From the NCBI GenBank assembly GCA_965220625.1, contig CBDCQN010000003.1, positions 1,994,186 through 2,058,185 on the forward strand: a DNA stretch of 64,000 bases. Reading direction: 5' to 3'. The position numbers were made by a program, and so were the translations under genes. Numbering within the stretch: position 1 is the first letter of the stretch; the number at the start of each line of letters is the position of its first letter. The notes beneath the pieces are model-generated. The model saw nothing but the letters and a program-made list of their open reading frames with translations, searched no databases and was not told the DNA's origin. Below are positions 33,582-42,724 of the stretch, piece by piece. The stretch comes from Dehalococcoidia bacterium (lineage in GTDB: Bacteria > Chloroflexota > Dehalococcoidia > Lucifugimonadales > UBA3495).

Positions 33582-34607
33582 ATGTGGCGGGTCATCGGCC
33601 AAGACCATGTGCTGCGCCAGTTGGAGTCAAGCCTGGCCCGGGGGCGGACGGCCCACGCCTACCTGATAGCGGGGCCCCCTCACGTGGGCAAAATGACCCT
33701 GTCCATTGACTTGGCCCAGGCGGCGAACTGTCTGGAGAGCGCCCCCGCGCCTTGCGGCTCTTGTACCCAGTGCGACCGGATCGCCCGGCTCCTCCACCCC
33801 GACGTCAGGGTGATTGGCGTGGGACAGAGCACCGCAGGCGGAGGGCGGGGCAGCCGGACCGTCATCGGCATCGACGACATCAAGGACGTGCTGCGCTCCG
33901 TTAATTTGAACCCCTTCGAGGGCTCCAAGAAGGTCATCATCCTTGACGGCGCGGAGTCGATGAGCGCCGAGGCCGCCAACGCCCTGCTCAAGACCCTGGA
34001 GGAGCCGCCTCCGCAAGTGATGTTTCTGTTGCTGACCGGAGACGCCGATTTCGTGCTGCCGACGATCAGCTCACGGTGCCAGGTGTTCAACCTGCAGCCT
34101 CTGGCGAGAGAGGAAATGCTGGAACGGCTGATCGGCGCCCATCAGGCCAGCCCAACAGAAGCCGAGCAGTTGTACCGGTATTCCCGGGGCTGCCTAGGCT
34201 GGGCCATCCGTGCCTTGGACGACCAACAGGTGCTTGAGCAGCGCCAAGCCGACCTGGAACGATTGCAGGAGGCCATGGCCTCGGACCTTCAGACGAAGTT
34301 TGCCTACGCCAATGAGGTGGCTACCCTCTTCAGCAACAATCGCGATTCCGCCTTTCAGTTATTGAACCTGTGGCTGCGCTGGTGGAGAGACCTGCTCCTG
34401 ATCAAAGAAGGAGCGAACGAATACCTGCAAAACGTGGATTTCGCCGAGACACTTCGCAGCCAGGCAGGAGGCCTGAGCACCGGTGAGATAGTGGGGTTCA
34501 TTCAACGGCTGACGGGGACGGTGGCGGCCTTGGAGCGCAACGCCAGCGCCAGGCTCGCGCTGGAAGTGCTGATGCTGAACCTTCCCGCCGAGAGGACCCG
34601 GGTGTAA
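33582..34607 (+). CDS. holB: DNA polymerase III subunit delta'
   Basis: HAYLIAGPPHVGKMT, zinc module CGSCTQC, and clamp-loader AAA+ layout. Confidence 0.85.
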   Translation: MWRVIGQDHVLRQLESSLARGRTAHAYLIAGPPHVGKMTLSIDLAQAANCLESAPAPCGSCTQCDRIARLLHPDVRVIGVGQSTAGGGRGSRTVIGIDDIKDVLRSVNLNPFEGSKKVIILDGAESMSAEAANALLKTLEEPPPQVMFLLLTGDADFVLPTISSRCQVFNLQPLAREEMLERLIGAHQASPTEAEQLYRYSRGCLGWAIRALDDQQVLEQRQADLERLQEAMASDLQTKFAYANEVATLFSNNRDSAFQLLNLWLRWWRDLLLIKEGANEYLQNVDFAETLRSQAGGLSTGEIVGFIQRLTGTVAALERNASARLALEVLMLNLPAERTRV

Positions 34608-34646
34608 CGGTCCCCATTACACAGCTTACCGCCTTCCGCCCGGCCA

Positions 34647-34815
34647 GGGTCTTTTAATTGTTGAATCCGCCCCCTCCCGTCGTCCCGGTCGCAACCGGGA
34701 CCCAGGACCCGACGCCGGTTTTGGTTCCCCCAAGACGCCTCTAACCCAAGGTTGGGGTCTGGATTCCGGCTGTGGCCGGAAAGACGGGGGGATTCTTTCC
34801 GACAATTAAATGACC
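34647..34815. repeat. MITE-like element E3 (same termini as E1/E2, different hairpin modules)
   Basis: Starts gggtcttttaattg and ends gacaattaaatgacc. Internal stems gtcccgg/ccgggac and ttccggc/gccggaa. Followed by a taaatgacccc duplication. Confidence 0.7.
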
Positions 34816-34945
34816 CCTAAATGACCCCGTCCGTCAGGCGGGTCTTCAATTCAGAGTTGATGTGCTACTATGAAACTACCGGGTCCGGCGGCAGTGCCGA
34901 TCCCGGCCTCATGCTTCGATCCTACGATATTACGAACGATCGGCC

Positions 34946-35581
34946 ATGGCGGTTGAACGAAACGGAACCGGTCCAACAAGGGACCAGACAAACGAGCAGT
35001 CCAACGGTCTAACCGCCGAGCAGACAAACGGGCTGGCGGACCTGCCGGGACCTGTGGACCCGGCTGTGTTGATTCGCGCTCCGGTCTTGGTGCTGAACCT
35101 CAACTACGTTCCGGTGAACGTCTGCTCGGTCCGCCGGGCCGTGGTGATGCTCGACAAAGGCAAAGCCGAGACGCTTGAGAACCACGAGGGACAACTCCAC
35201 ACCGTCACTGCGGTAATCGAGGCCCCCTCCATCATCCGGCTGGTCTACATGGTCAAACGGCCGTTCCTGCCCCGGAAGCTGTCCAAGAAAGAGGTGTTCC
35301 TGAGAGACCGGTTCACCTGCCAGTATTGCGGCAAGAAGGCCCAGGACTTGACCTTGGACCACGTGATACCCCGTCGCCAGAACGGCGGCCACACTTGGGA
35401 GAATGTGGTTGCCGCCTGCAGCCGCTGCAATTTGCGGAAAGCAGGGCGGACGCCGGTGGAAGCCAGAATGACCCTTAACAAGTCTCCCCGGGCGCCAGAC
35501 CCGAACCCATACCTGATCCTGCAAAACCGGGTGATCCTGGAAGCCTGGCGTCCCTACGTCCCTTGGTCCGACGGCGGCTGA
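34946..35581 (+). CDS. HNH endonuclease family protein
   Basis: CQYCGKKAQDLTLDHVIPRRQNGGHTWENVVAACSRCNLRK is an HNH motif. Confidence 0.85.
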   Translation: MAVERNGTGPTRDQTNEQSNGLTAEQTNGLADLPGPVDPAVLIRAPVLVLNLNYVPVNVCSVRRAVVMLDKGKAETLENHEGQLHTVTAVIEAPSIIRLVYMVKRPFLPRKLSKKEVFLRDRFTCQYCGKKAQDLTLDHVIPRRQNGGHTWENVVAACSRCNLRKAGRTPVEARMTLNKSPRAPDPNPYLILQNRVILEAWRPYVPWSDGG

Positions 35582-35606
35582 CCCTATTTTGTTAGGGGTC
35601 GGTCGG

Positions 35607-36119
35607 TTATTCGAAGAGCCCTCCGGCGGTCTCGTCCCAGTCGCCGGGTATCAGACCCACCCCGCGAATTACCACATCGAAATTGTCGGCCAGGAACGGG
35701 CCCAGCGCGGACTCTTCGATCTTCTCATCCGAATCCGCGAATGGGTATTTCTGCAGACCCGTCAACACGGCCGACAAGACCGCAAAAGCTATCACCAGTC
35801 CCAAGACGAGCCCGCCCGCGCTGTTCACCATGCCACCAAGAGGAATGAACGCAAGGACTTTGCGCAGCAGTTGCCCCAACACAATCCCGATGATCACCAC
35901 GACCGCCAATACGAGAAGCATCCCGGCGACGGCCTCGGCGTTTTCGCTGAGGTCGAGTCCCGAAAACAACACGCCCGCCGACTCCCCGAATCGGCTGGCG
36001 ACTGGAATGCCGATCAGCAGAGCGATGAAAGGTACGGCCAAGCTTAACAGGCCCTGGGAATAACCCCAGATGGCACTGACCGCCCACACGACAATAATGG
36101 CCAAATCAACCAAGTTCAT
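35607..36119 (-). CDS. CvpA family membrane protein
   Basis: MNLVDLAIIVVWAVSAIWGYSQGLL and 4 TM helices. Start trimmed to ATG 36119. Confidence 0.7.
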   Translation of the reverse strand: MNLVDLAIIVVWAVSAIWGYSQGLLSLAVPFIALLIGIPVASRFGESAGVLFSGLDLSENAEAVAGMLLVLAVVVIIGIVLGQLLRKVLAFIPLGGMVNSAGGLVLGLVIAFAVLSAVLTGLQKYPFADSDEKIEESALGPFLADNFDVVIRGVGLIPGDWDETAGGLFE

Positions 36120-36290
36120 GGCGCCCCACCCCCGCACTCGCGGTTTCGTCCACGAGTGTAGCACGGTGGGAGCCGCCGCAGACAGGCGATAACAACAGTC
36201 GGCGTCACAATTCTTCGGGCCCCTCTACCGCGATGCTATAATGCCAAAAACCTCAACAGAAGCCGGTGGCGCTCCGTCACCCAGGGCAAA

Positions 36291-36962
36291 ATGGCGAGCC
36301 AAAACGGCGTGATAGCAATTGACGGTCCGGTGGCCTCCGGCAAAACAGTGGTCGGCAGGACCCTGGCGCGGCGGTTGGGTTTCTCCTTTGTCGATACTGG
36401 GATTATGTACCGGGCCATAACCTGGCTGGTGCTTCATCGCGGGGCCGACGTCGACGATGCAGGGTCCTTGGGCAGGTTGGCCCGGGCGAACCCGGTGTAT
36501 CTGGTCGACGGCGACAGCTCCGTGGTGAAACTGGCGGGCAAAGAGGTTGGCCCCGAATTGCGGGACCCAGAGGTGGAAAAGAACGTATCGTTGGTCTCGC
36601 GGGTCGCTGAAGTCAGAGAAGCCATGGTGGCCCAACAGCGCGATCTGGCCGCTCACGGCAGGATGGTCATGATCGGCCGGGATATCGGCACAGTGGTGCT
36701 GCCGGAAGCCGGCCTCAAAGTCTACCTGCTGGCTTCCCCGGAGCAACGGGCCCGCCGGCGTTGGCAGGAAATGCGGGACGGGGGACAGAACGTCGCATAC
36801 GAGACGGTATTGGAACAAACGAAGCGACGCGACGGGATCGATTCCAAAAGGGGCAACTCGCCCCTCAGGCCCGCCGCGGATGCGTGGCTCCTCGATACCG
36901 ACGACCTCACTGTCGACCAAGTGGTGGACCGGATCATCGAGAGGGCGGTGGGAATTCAATGA
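36291..36962 (+). CDS. cmk: (d)CMP kinase
   Basis: IAIDGPVASGKTVVGR P-loop and GRDIGTVVLP. Confidence 0.95.
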   Translation: MASQNGVIAIDGPVASGKTVVGRTLARRLGFSFVDTGIMYRAITWLVLHRGADVDDAGSLGRLARANPVYLVDGDSSVVKLAGKEVGPELRDPEVEKNVSLVSRVAEVREAMVAQQRDLAAHGRMVMIGRDIGTVVLPEAGLKVYLLASPEQRARRRWQEMRDGGQNVAYETVLEQTKRRDGIDSKRGNSPLRPAADAWLLDTDDLTVDQVVDRIIERAVGIQ

Positions 36963-37639
36963 GCGGAGAGCGCTCCACCTGGCTTTACAAGGTGGGCCGC
37001 CGTGTCGGCCGTTTCTGTTTCGGATACCTGGGCCGGCTGGAGATCAAAGGGCTGGAAAACGTTCCTCCCCACGGCCCGGTGATCCTGGCCTGCAACCACC
37101 TCTCCTATACCGACCCGCCGCTGTTGGTGGTAACGATGCCGCGGCCCCTCTTCTTCGTAGGCAAGAAGGAATTGTTCGGCAATCCGTTGACCCGGTTCGT
37201 TATGCGCAGTTTCCACGTCTCTCCCATTGACCGTTCGTCATCGGGACTGGACGCGGTACGGATTTTAACGCGGCACCTTGAGAAGGACCGGACGGTAGTC
37301 ATATTCCCTGAAGGACACCGGAGCCCGGACCACACCCTGCAGCAGGGGATGCTGGGAATCGCTTATCTGGCGGTGAAATCCCAAGCGCCGATTGTGCCCG
37401 TGGGAGTGACCGGGACCCAGAAGATTTCCGCTTGGCGAATGCCGTTGCCCCTGTGCCGGCTGACCATCAGCATAGGGCCGCCTTTCACCCTGCCGGTGTT
37501 GGAAGGAAAACCGTCCCGAGAGGTGTTGCACAGCATCGCGGACATGATCATGGAACGGGTCGCCGCCCAGCTTCCGCCGGAATTCCGCGGGGCCTATGGA
37601 AAGAACGCCTCCATCCCCCGGGAAGCCAGCGCAGCCTGA
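36959..37639 (+). CDS. plsC: 1-acyl-sn-glycerol-3-phosphate acyltransferase family protein
   Basis: ACNHLSYTDPP (HX4D block) and FPEGHRS block. ATG 36959 overlaps the cmk stop (ATGA). Confidence 0.85.
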   Translation: MSGERSTWLYKVGRRVGRFCFGYLGRLEIKGLENVPPHGPVILACNHLSYTDPPLLVVTMPRPLFFVGKKELFGNPLTRFVMRSFHVSPIDRSSSGLDAVRILTRHLEKDRTVVIFPEGHRSPDHTLQQGMLGIAYLAVKSQAPIVPVGVTGTQKISAWRMPLPLCRLTISIGPPFTLPVLEGKPSREVLHSIADMIMERVAAQLPPEFRGAYGKNASIPREASAA

Positions 37640-37709
37640 ACAGGGACCGAGTAACACCCGTTTCGTTTACTAAACCCCTCATCTTGAGCCTTTAGGCCGG
37701 GAGTTTCCC

Positions 37710-37931
37710 ATGCAGGACGCGTCCAAGTTTGGTATCTACCTGAACGCCCGGGAAAATCAGGTGGTGAGAATCAACTCTCCGTACTGGTTCCCGGAAGAGC
37801 CCGATTGGGTGTTTCTTACCCCGGAAGTGAACGCCACCCTGGTCAGCATCCGGGAGCTGGCTGCCGAACAAGGGCTTTCCCAAGAGTCCGGTTCCATCAC
37901 TTGGGGCACCATTCCCATGAAGGATGAATAA
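37710..37931 (+). CDS. hypothetical small protein
   Basis: 73-aa ORF with plausible composition, followed by a strong hairpin. No family recognised. Confidence 0.4.
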   Translation: MQDASKFGIYLNARENQVVRINSPYWFPEEPDWVFLTPEVNATLVSIRELAAEQGLSQESGSITWGTIPMKDE

Positions 37932-37944
37932 GACCGGAAAAACC

Positions 37945-37972
37945 GTGGGGGCGCTTCGTGAAGCGCCCCCAC
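37945..37972. terminator. bidirectional stem-loop between convergent genes
   Basis: gtgggggcgctt cgtg aagcgcccccac gives a perfect 12-bp GC-rich stem. Confidence 0.6.
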
Positions 37973-38015
37973 CAACTGTACGCCGACTCCTTGTACGCTG
38001 GCCGTCCGCCGCGGG

Positions 38016-39167
38016 CTAACCCTTGAAAGCCGGCATCACCTCTTCGGCGAAGATGCTCAACTGGTCTTTGAACACTTCCAGGGGCATGCCCATCACCGAG
38101 CCGATGTTGACCCGCTCCACTCCGGGGTACTTCTCTTCAGCGGACTTCAGGCGCTCGACTACCGACTCGGGAGGTCCGCAGAGCCACGAGCCTGCTTCGA
38201 CCGCCTGCTCAAGGGTCGGAAGCTCGACACCGCGAGAGCGCCCGCCGTCGGCCACCGACTCAATCTGCTCCGGCGTCAGCGGCATGAGCCCCAAGGGAGC
38301 GGCGAACTTCATCGCCTCCTCGAAGTACGGCTTGGCCGTTTCGATGGCTTTCTCCTTGGTTTCGGCCATGAACACCCGGTAGCCCAGCGCCACGCCCTCG
38401 CCCAGCCGGGTCTCCCGCCCGTAGGCTAGCTGCGCTTCCTGGTACATCCGCATACGCTCGCCCAACACCGGCTCGGGGTTGTTTGCGATCAACGGCTTGA
38501 TGCCCATTTTGGCCATGAAGTCGATGCCACGAGGGTTGCCGCTGACCAAGGGCTGCCAGATGTCCACCGGCTGGTTGATGGGCCGGGGGACCAGCGTCAG
38601 CTTCTCCAGCTCGTAGCCCCGGTACGGCACCCGCGCCGGTATCTGAAAATACTTACCTTGGTGGGAAAAGGACTCTTCGTTAAACGCCTTGATAATCACT
38701 TCGACCTGTTCTTCGAACAGTTCCCGGTTGGCGTCGGCATCCCGCATCGGCGAGCCGAACGTCTCAACTTCCCGCGTGTGGTAGCCGCGGCCGACGCCGA
38801 AAATCACCCTGCCCTTGGACAATATGTCAGCCATGGCGAAGTCTTCGGCCAACCGGAGTGGGTGCCACATCGGCGTGATGTTGAAACCGCAGCCGTATTT
38901 GAGGTTTTCGGTCTGGGTGGCCAAGTACAGGCCCAGCATCAACAGGTTGGGAATTCCCTCGTAGCCTTCCGGCTGGAAATGGTGCTCGGCCATCCAAAAC
39001 TCGTTAAAGCCATTCTTTTCCAGATGCCGGGCGATGTCCAGGGCCCAGTCGTAGGTCTCGACCAGTTGCTCGTTGGAATACCAGCGGTCATTGGCAGGAG
39101 TACCGTTGAACCCGATATTGTCGTCGACCACATGGCCGGCATAAGAGGCTGAGAAATTGGTGAACAT
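38016..39167 (-). CDS. LLM-class (luciferase-like) flavin-dependent monooxygenase
   Basis: FWMAEHHFQPEGY... and GRVIFGVGRGY are LLM motifs. Confidence 0.85.
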   Translation of the reverse strand: MFTNFSASYAGHVVDDNIGFNGTPANDRWYSNEQLVETYDWALDIARHLEKNGFNEFWMAEHHFQPEGYEGIPNLLMLGLYLATQTENLKYGCGFNITPMWHPLRLAEDFAMADILSKGRVIFGVGRGYHTREVETFGSPMRDADANRELFEEQVEVIIKAFNEESFSHQGKYFQIPARVPYRGYELEKLTLVPRPINQPVDIWQPLVSGNPRGIDFMAKMGIKPLIANNPEPVLGERMRMYQEAQLAYGRETRLGEGVALGYRVFMAETKEKAIETAKPYFEEAMKFAAPLGLMPLTPEQIESVADGGRSRGVELPTLEQAVEAGSWLCGPPESVVERLKSAEEKYPGVERVNIGSVMGMPLEVFKDQLSIFAEEVMPAFKG

Positions 39168-39247
39168 CAGCTAGGCCTCAGATTTGAATTTGTTCGTTAC
39201 ACCCTGCAACGTCTATGGGCGAGGGTTGAGGTGCTTCCGTGGTCATA

Positions 39248-39517
39248 TTAGCCGCCCAGCAGGGTAATTACGATACTTGCCACCACCGCGGCTATGATCG
39301 TTGCGCCGAACCCGAACATACCAAACATCAACCGGTCAAGCCGCGCTTCCAGCCGGGCAAACTGCCGGTCGTTATGCTCCTCATGGCGGGCCATTACCTG
39401 GTCCAGCCGCGCCTCGAGACGAGTAATCCGCTCGTTGGTTTGGACTTGTTCACCCTCCAGACGCCCCAAAGCGCGGTATACTTCGGTCGCGTCAATCTGC
39501 GTGGTCTCAGTCGCCAT
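39248..39517 (-). CDS. small tail-anchored coiled-coil protein (family member P2)
   Basis: LGRLEGEQVQTNERITRLEARLDQV...FARLEARLDRLMFGMFGFGATIIAAVVASIVITLLGG shows 11-residue periodicity plus a C-terminal TM helix. Confidence 0.6.
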   Translation of the reverse strand: MATETTQIDATEVYRALGRLEGEQVQTNERITRLEARLDQVMARHEEHNDRQFARLEARLDRLMFGMFGFGATIIAAVVASIVITLLGG

Positions 39518-39580
39518 GTCATCCTTCTCTCATACGGTCTGGGGTGGACGTTCGAAATGGCGGCTTTCGGCCAGCCGCCT

Positions 39581-40498
39581 CTACTCCCGCACCTGGCTGG
39601 GGGCCGGGTTGTGCAGCTCCAGGCCAATAGTAGCCGGAAAGACCCGCGCCAGTTCCTCGACAGTCCACTTGCCTTGTTTTTGAATGGTCTTGACCGGTTC
39701 CGGCTCGTTGAGCAGGTTGATGAGTCCCTCGGTGACGTGGAACACATGGCCGTTGACGTGGGCCGCCTCGTCGGAGGCAAGCCAGGTTACCATGGGAGCT
39801 ATGTCTTCCGGGCCGCCCCGCAACGTGATGCTGGCGCCGGTGCTGATTCCCCGGGCCGTACGCAGTTCCCGCGCCTCGTCGGGCACGCTGGTGATCATCC
39901 GTGTGGAAGCGCTGGGGGATATCGCATTGGCCGTCACGCCATAACGTCCCATGTCCCGCGCCACCACCCGGGTAAAGCCGGCGATGCCGTCTTTGGCCGC
40001 GCCGTAGTTGGCTTGGCCGGAGTTGCCGTAGAGCCCGGATGTCGAGCTGAAGGTGATAACCCGGCCGGAACGCTGTTGGCGGAACAAAACACAAGCGTTC
40101 TTGACGACTGAGAAGGTCCCTTTCAGGTGCACGGCGATAACGTCGTCCCACTCCTCTTCGCTCATGTTGAAGACCATGCGGTCCCGGAGGATGCCAGCCA
40201 CCGTGACCACGATGTCCAGCTTGCCGAAATTGTCCAAGGCAGTCTGGACGATCTTCTCTCCGCCGTCCATGGTGGCCACCGATTCCATGCAGGCCGCGGC
40301 CTCTCCGCCGTTCTCCCTGATCTCGGCCACCACCTGCCCCGCCACCGAATCGTCGGAGCCGGAGCCGTCCACGTTGACCCCCGGATCGACCACCACGACC
40401 TTTGCGCCCTGCGCGGCCATCAGCATGGCCACGCCACGGCCGATGCCGCGGCCCGCGCCGGTTACAATTGCGACTTTGTCTTCGAGGAGGTTGGGCAT
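39581..40498 (-). CDS. SDR family oxidoreductase, MFE-2-type dehydrogenase-like (paralog 1)
   Basis: VTGAGRGIGRG, NYGAAK catalytic YxxxK, plus a roughly 90-aa C-terminal extension. Roughly 70 percent identical by eye to 41081-42001 over the core. Confidence 0.85.
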   Translation of the reverse strand: MPNLLEDKVAIVTGAGRGIGRGVAMLMAAQGAKVVVVDPGVNVDGSGSDDSVAGQVVAEIRENGGEAAACMESVATMDGGEKIVQTALDNFGKLDIVVTVAGILRDRMVFNMSEEEWDDVIAVHLKGTFSVVKNACVLFRQQRSGRVITFSSTSGLYGNSGQANYGAAKDGIAGFTRVVARDMGRYGVTANAISPSASTRMITSVPDEARELRTARGISTGASITLRGGPEDIAPMVTWLASDEAAHVNGHVFHVTEGLINLLNEPEPVKTIQKQGKWTVEELARVFPATIGLELHNPAPSQVRE

Positions 40499-40595
40499 TT
40501 GTTTGGCCTCTTGAGATTGTTTCGTTATGGGGATTTTCGAGTGTCGGTCTAACCGCCCGCCCGAATCACAGTTTGAGCCGCCCTTCTTTCTCCGC

Positions 40596-41051
40596 CTAGC
40601 CGGGAAGCTTTTCCAAGACTGTTACTGTCGTGGTTATGGCTGCGGCCATAAGAATGGCCCCCAAAGAGAGCAAGGCCAGAAAGTAAGTGCGGGACTCTTT
40701 CCGCGCGGCTTCAACAAGTTGAAGCATTTCCCGGCGCGTCGAATCGTTCATATCCCGCGTGTCTTGTCGCAAGGCTTGGTTCGCCTCTCGCATCTCTTGT
40801 CGCAAGGCTTGATTCGCCTCTTGCATCTCTTGTCGCAAGGCTTGATTCGCCTCTTGCATCTCTTGTCGCAAGGCTTGGTTCGCCTCTTGCATCTCTTGTC
40901 GCAAGGCTTGATTCGCTTCTCGGGCCTCCTGACGCGCGGCGTCATTCCCCCGGATTATGGTATCCAAGCGGGCGTTCACGTCGTCGAAGCGCTGAACGTT
41001 GGCCTCTTGCAGCGCCTCCAGTCGAGTAATCCGTTCTTCTGGCGTTACCAT
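40596..41051 (-). CDS. small tail-anchored protein with five 11-residue repeats (family member P3)
   Basis: EANQALRQEMQ x5, N-terminal ERITRLEALQEANVQRFDDVNARLD, and C-terminal TM helix YFLALLSLGAILMAAAITTTV. Confidence 0.65.
   Translation of the reverse strand: MVTPEERITRLEALQEANVQRFDDVNARLDTIIRGNDAARQEAREANQALRQEMQEANQALRQEMQEANQALRQEMQEANQALRQEMREANQALRQDTRDMNDSTRREMLQLVEAARKESRTYFLALLSLGAILMAAAITTTVTVLEKLPG
40761..40925. repeat. 33-bp x 5 near-perfect in-frame tandem repeat
   Basis: Units 40761-40793, 40794-40826, 40827-40859, 40860-40892 and 40893-40925, read directly. Confidence 0.95.
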
Positions 41052-41080
41052 TCAGATTATTGCGCTGGCGTCAGCCGCCG

Positions 41081-42001
41081 CTACACCCGGGCCGGAGCGG
41101 GATTGTAGATGTCCTTGGTCAGCACGTCGGCGGCAATCGGCCTTAAGACGTCCAGGTCCCAGTGGCCGGACGGTTCGTATATAGAGCGTTGGGGACGGGG
41201 TTGAGACATTAGAGAGACGGTGTTTCCGTACACGAGGAAGGTCTGGCCGTTAACGTTGTCTGCGTAGTCTGAGGCCAGGTAACAGATGAAGGGAGCGATG
41301 GCGTCGGGGTCCAAGGCGCCCATGTCGAAGTCCTCGGTCAACGTGGCAACGCCGCTCCGCTCCCGGATCTCGGCCGCAGTGTCAGGGATGTCCCCAATCA
41401 TGCGGGTGGAGGCCCGTGGAGCGATGGCGTTGGCGGTTACACCGTACCGGCCCATGTCCTTGGCCACCACCTTGGTGAAGCCGGCGATTCCCGATTTGGC
41501 CGCGCCGTAGTTGGCCTGGCCGGAGTTGCCCACCAAGCCCGACTCCGATGTGAAGGTGATGATGCGGCCGGAGCGTTGTTGCCGGAAGAGTATGCAGGCA
41601 TTTTTGACCACGGTGAAGGTCCCTTTGAGATGGACCGCGATAACGTCGTCCCATTCCTGCTCGGTCATGTTGAATATCATCCGGTCACGGAGAATACCGG
41701 CGCAGGTGACGACAACATCCAGACGTCCGAAGGTGTCCACGGCGGTCTGAATAATCTTCTCGCCGCCCTCCATGGTCACCACCGATTCCATACAGGCCAC
41801 GGCGTCGCCGCCCGCAGCCTTGATCTCTTCGACCACCTGTGCCGCCACCGAGTTGTCGGCCCCGGACCCGTCGACGTTGACGCCCGGGTCCACCACTACG
41901 ACCTTGGCGCCTTCCGCCGCCATCTCCATGGCGACGCCACGGCCAATGCCACGGCCGGAGCCGGTCACGACAGCTACTTTGCCGGTTAGCGTGTCAACCA
42001 A
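41081..42001 (-). CDS. SDR family oxidoreductase, MFE-2-type dehydrogenase-like (paralog 2)
   Basis: VTGSGRGIGRG and NYGAAK, with the same architecture as 39581-40498. Confidence 0.85.
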   Translation of the reverse strand: MVDTLTGKVAVVTGSGRGIGRGVAMEMAAEGAKVVVVDPGVNVDGSGADNSVAAQVVEEIKAAGGDAVACMESVVTMEGGEKIIQTAVDTFGRLDVVVTCAGILRDRMIFNMTEQEWDDVIAVHLKGTFTVVKNACILFRQQRSGRIITFTSESGLVGNSGQANYGAAKSGIAGFTKVVAKDMGRYGVTANAIAPRASTRMIGDIPDTAAEIRERSGVATLTEDFDMGALDPDAIAPFICYLASDYADNVNGQTFLVYGNTVSLMSQPRPQRSIYEPSGHWDLDVLRPIAADVLTKDIYNPAPARV

Positions 42002-42231
42002 TGTTCACTCCTTTTGGACAGCGCCAGGACCTCATTTTCAGGCGCGAGCGGTGTTTATGGACAAGCCTGGCCACTTTCGGACGGTTGGCAATGCTCCGGC
42101 GGGCCTGCTTAGTAACCGGAACTGCCGTCACCCGATTCCGGCGGCCGTTCGGGCTCATAGAGCGTGCGGGGCCGAACGATATAGCCTGAAAAATCGAGCC
42201 TGAAGGCCGGTGTTCCCGGTAGGGCTCCCGG

Positions 42232-42660
42232 CTAGTTCTTGGGAAGAACTACAGTCGCCGAACCCGGGGTGGTCGTCTCTCCCTCCACGTTCTCAAGCCA
42301 GATATCGCAGTCCACCAAGTAGTTGGCGCCTTCCTGGTACTTTCGGGTCACCACCCCCTTGGCGGTGATGGGGCGGCCCGGACTATCCATGCCACGGTAC
42401 TGGCAGGCCAGCCGTCTCAGGGTGCCGTCTGGTCCCATCCAATCGGTCATCAGGTGGCCCAGAAAGGCATTCTTCAGCGCGCCGTGAAGAATTACATCAT
42501 CGAGGTTGTTGTTTTTCGCGTAATCCTTATCGTAGTGGATCTGGTAATAGTCGCCGGACGCCCCGGCGTACTTCACCAACTGCTGGGTGGTCGGGTCCTT
42601 CCGCAGGGAGGGTAGTTCCATTCCCTCGGAAACATCGTCCCAATAAACCTGGTCCGCCAT
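42232..42660 (-). CDS. MaoC-like (R)-specific enoyl-CoA hydratase, hot-dog fold
   Basis: YAGASGDYYQIHYDKDYA...ILHG is the MaoC dehydratase motif. Confidence 0.8.
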   Translation of the reverse strand: MADQVYWDDVSEGMELPSLRKDPTTQQLVKYAGASGDYYQIHYDKDYAKNNNLDDVILHGALKNAFLGHLMTDWMGPDGTLRRLACQYRGMDSPGRPITAKGVVTRKYQEGANYLVDCDIWLENVEGETTTPGSATVVLPKN

Positions 42661-42724
42661 GACCTGGCACCCCTAACGGTTTTTTCGGTTCCCGGCGCCT
42701 GGTCTAGGTCCGGCGCCGACCGTC

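Noticed and set aside
40761-40925. 33-bp repeats as a possible CRISPR-like array
   Set aside because: The units are contiguous with no spacers, and they lie in frame within an ORF that has a start, coiled-coil context and a terminal TM helix.
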